This document shows, piece by piece, positions 62,558 through 64,000 of a DNA stretch of 64,000 nucleotides (its first letter is position 1; every line of letters starts with the position of its first letter). A program made the position numbers and the translations under genes. A model generated the notes under the pieces. The model worked only from the letters and a program-made list of their open reading frames with translations, was not told the DNA's origin and did not search any database. The stretch spans positions 11,955 through 75,954 of the forward strand of contig JBBCAX010000010.1 in assembly GCA_051382335.1 (NCBI GenBank). The letters are read 5' to 3'. This stretch comes from Deltaproteobacteria bacterium TL4 (GTDB taxonomy: Bacteria > SAR324 > NAC60-12).

Positions 62558-63757
62558 ATGAAAGCTGTAATCTTGGCCGCCTATTGTAGTAATCGCTTAC
62601 ACCCTTTCTCCTCAACTCGAGCAAAACCTATGATTCGTGTTGCTGGGAAATACATTCTTGAATCCTCTATTCGATATTTAAAGGAGTCTGGAATTCATCA
62701 AATTCTGATTGTCGTTAATCATAAACGGGATATGATTCAGGATTACTTTTCTTTTGGAGAAAAGTTAGGCGTTAATATTGAGTATATTGTTCAAGAACCA
62801 ACTGAAGGAATTGGACATGCTTTAAAACTATGTGAACCCTTCTTATCAAATCATGAGCATTTCCTATTAGCTTATGGCGATGTTTTATCCAATGGAAATA
62901 TTTTTTCAAATGCTCTTACCGCATTTTCAAAAGTAGGAAAGGATATCGCTGTTGTCACACTTCCCCGCTCCTCCCAGGAATTTGGAAATGTCTATCTTGA
63001 TCATAAGATGAAAATAATGAAACTTGTCGAAAAGCCTCAAGTTGGCTATGCTAATTACGTTTTTTCAGGCGTTTTTGTTCTGTCACGTCACATTTTCGCT
63101 CTTCTCGATCAAAATCGAAACGATATTGAACAATGTTATCAAAATATTATTCATCAACAAAAAGGACTTCAAGCAACATTATGGGAAAAAGGATGGATTG
63201 ATATCATCTATCCTTGGCATATTCTTGAAGCTAATACCATGATCATGGATTCATGGAAAGAGGCCATCATTGATTCTACAGTAAGCATGCGTGGTCAAGT
63301 TCATCTTGAGGGACCTGTAGTTATTGAAAAAAATGTAACTATTGAATCGGGAACTATTCTAAAAGGCCCATGTTATATAGGGGAAAATTCATATATTGGT
63401 AATAATACTCTAATTCGTAGTTACAGTGCTCTCGGCCCAAATTCGATTGTTGGATATGGTTCTGAATTAAAAAATTGTGTATTGTTTGGTGAGGCTAATA
63501 TTGGTCGCTTATCTTTTATCGGAGACAGTGTTATTGGTGAAAATGTACATCTTGGTTCTGGACTCACAACAGTTAACCATCATCATGATTTCTCTACCAT
63601 TATTTGTACTTTGGATGATGTACCTGTCGATACAGGTCTTTCAAAAGTTGGTGTTTTTATGGGCGATCACGTATGCATTGGTGCCAGACACACTTTCGCC
63701 CCAGGAACCGTAGTTCCTGCGGATAAACATATACCTGATAACATTTCACTCTCATAA
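62558..63757 (+). CDS. bifunctional sugar-1-phosphate nucleotidyltransferase / left-handed beta-helix acyltransferase (GlmU-like, archaeal-type)
   Basis: 399 aa; N-terminal NTP-transferase fold (MKAVILAA..RAKPMIRVAGKYILE, YGDVLSNG); C-terminal hexapeptide repeats (IGENSYIGNNTLI, IVGYGSELKNCVL, IGRLSFIGDSVIGENVHLGSG). Confidence 0.7.
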   Translation: MKAVILAAYCSNRLHPFSSTRAKPMIRVAGKYILESSIRYLKESGIHQILIVVNHKRDMIQDYFSFGEKLGVNIEYIVQEPTEGIGHALKLCEPFLSNHEHFLLAYGDVLSNGNIFSNALTAFSKVGKDIAVVTLPRSSQEFGNVYLDHKMKIMKLVEKPQVGYANYVFSGVFVLSRHIFALLDQNRNDIEQCYQNIIHQQKGLQATLWEKGWIDIIYPWHILEANTMIMDSWKEAIIDSTVSMRGQVHLEGPVVIEKNVTIESGTILKGPCYIGENSYIGNNTLIRSYSALGPNSIVGYGSELKNCVLFGEANIGRLSFIGDSVIGENVHLGSGLTTVNHHHDFSTIICTLDDVPVDTGLSKVGVFMGDHVCIGARHTFAPGTVVPADKHIPDNISLS

Positions 63758-63805
63758 CTTTGCTCTTTCATCATTATTAATAACTCCGATAACTTAAGGA
63801 TTAAA

Positions 63806-64000
63806 ATGTGTGGTATTAGTGGAATTGTTGGTTCTCAAGATGTTGCAAGGACTCTTTTTTCGTCAATTAGAAACCTTGAATACCGAGGTTATGACTCTTG
63901 TGGTCTTGCCCTAATCAACAACAATCAAATCAGTATTAAAAAAAATGTTGGGGGTGTTGACGAAGTGAACGCTAAGGAACAATTAACCAGCTTGAAAGGT
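63806..64000 (+). CDS. glmS: glutamine--fructose-6-phosphate aminotransferase (partial, N-terminus only)
   Basis: starts MCGISGIVG (Cys nucleophile of class-II glutamine amidotransferases) ..RGYDSCGLA; runs off the window end. Confidence 0.7.
   Translation, partial: MCGISGIVGSQDVARTLFSSIRNLEYRGYDSCGLALINNNQISIKKNVGGVDEVNAKEQLTSLKG

Overview
This 64 kb window looks like chromosomal DNA from a Gram-negative bacterium at roughly 40-45% GC (estimated by eye). The Gram-negative call rests on lipobox lipoproteins, a GspF/PilC platform protein, an O-antigen-ligase-like protein and a chemoreceptor. Coding density is high, and the first 28 kb is almost entirely minus-strand. Housekeeping content that can be read from the sequence includes an acyl-CoA ligase, clpS-clpA, cysE-cysK, pyrE, a Nudix hydrolase, der, the origin-associated block dnaN-recF-gyrB (with no dnaA in front of dnaN), queG, Fe/Mn superoxide dismutase, hrpA, apt, mtnA and a partial glmS. 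Accessory or unusual content is as follows: (i) two tandem cobalamin-dependent acyl-CoA mutases, each paired with its own MeaB-like G-protein; (ii) three hybrid sensor kinases flanking a FATP-like acyl-CoA synthetase; (iii) a TerD-domain protein followed by two tandemly duplicated lipoproteins and an unknown 299-aa protein; (iv) a 245-bp nested palindromic element between queG and that unknown gene; (v) a REC + anti-sigma-type (RsbW-like) GHKL kinase overlapping a lytic-transglycosylase-domain gene; (vi) two tandem paralogous polytopic membrane proteins with C-terminal spermidine-synthase-like domains, one with the catalytic Asp residues replaced, followed by an NnrU-family protein; (vii) a solo ParB/Srx-fold protein with neighbouring unknowns; (viii) a 182-bp MITE-like element with 22-bp terminal inverted repeats plus a second long hairpin at the boundary of a lower-GC segment that carries a GlmU-like nucleotidyltransferase and glmS. 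No CRISPR array, integrase, transposase ORF, tRNA or rRNA gene was recognisable. All calls come from reading motifs in the supplied translations; no database search was possible.
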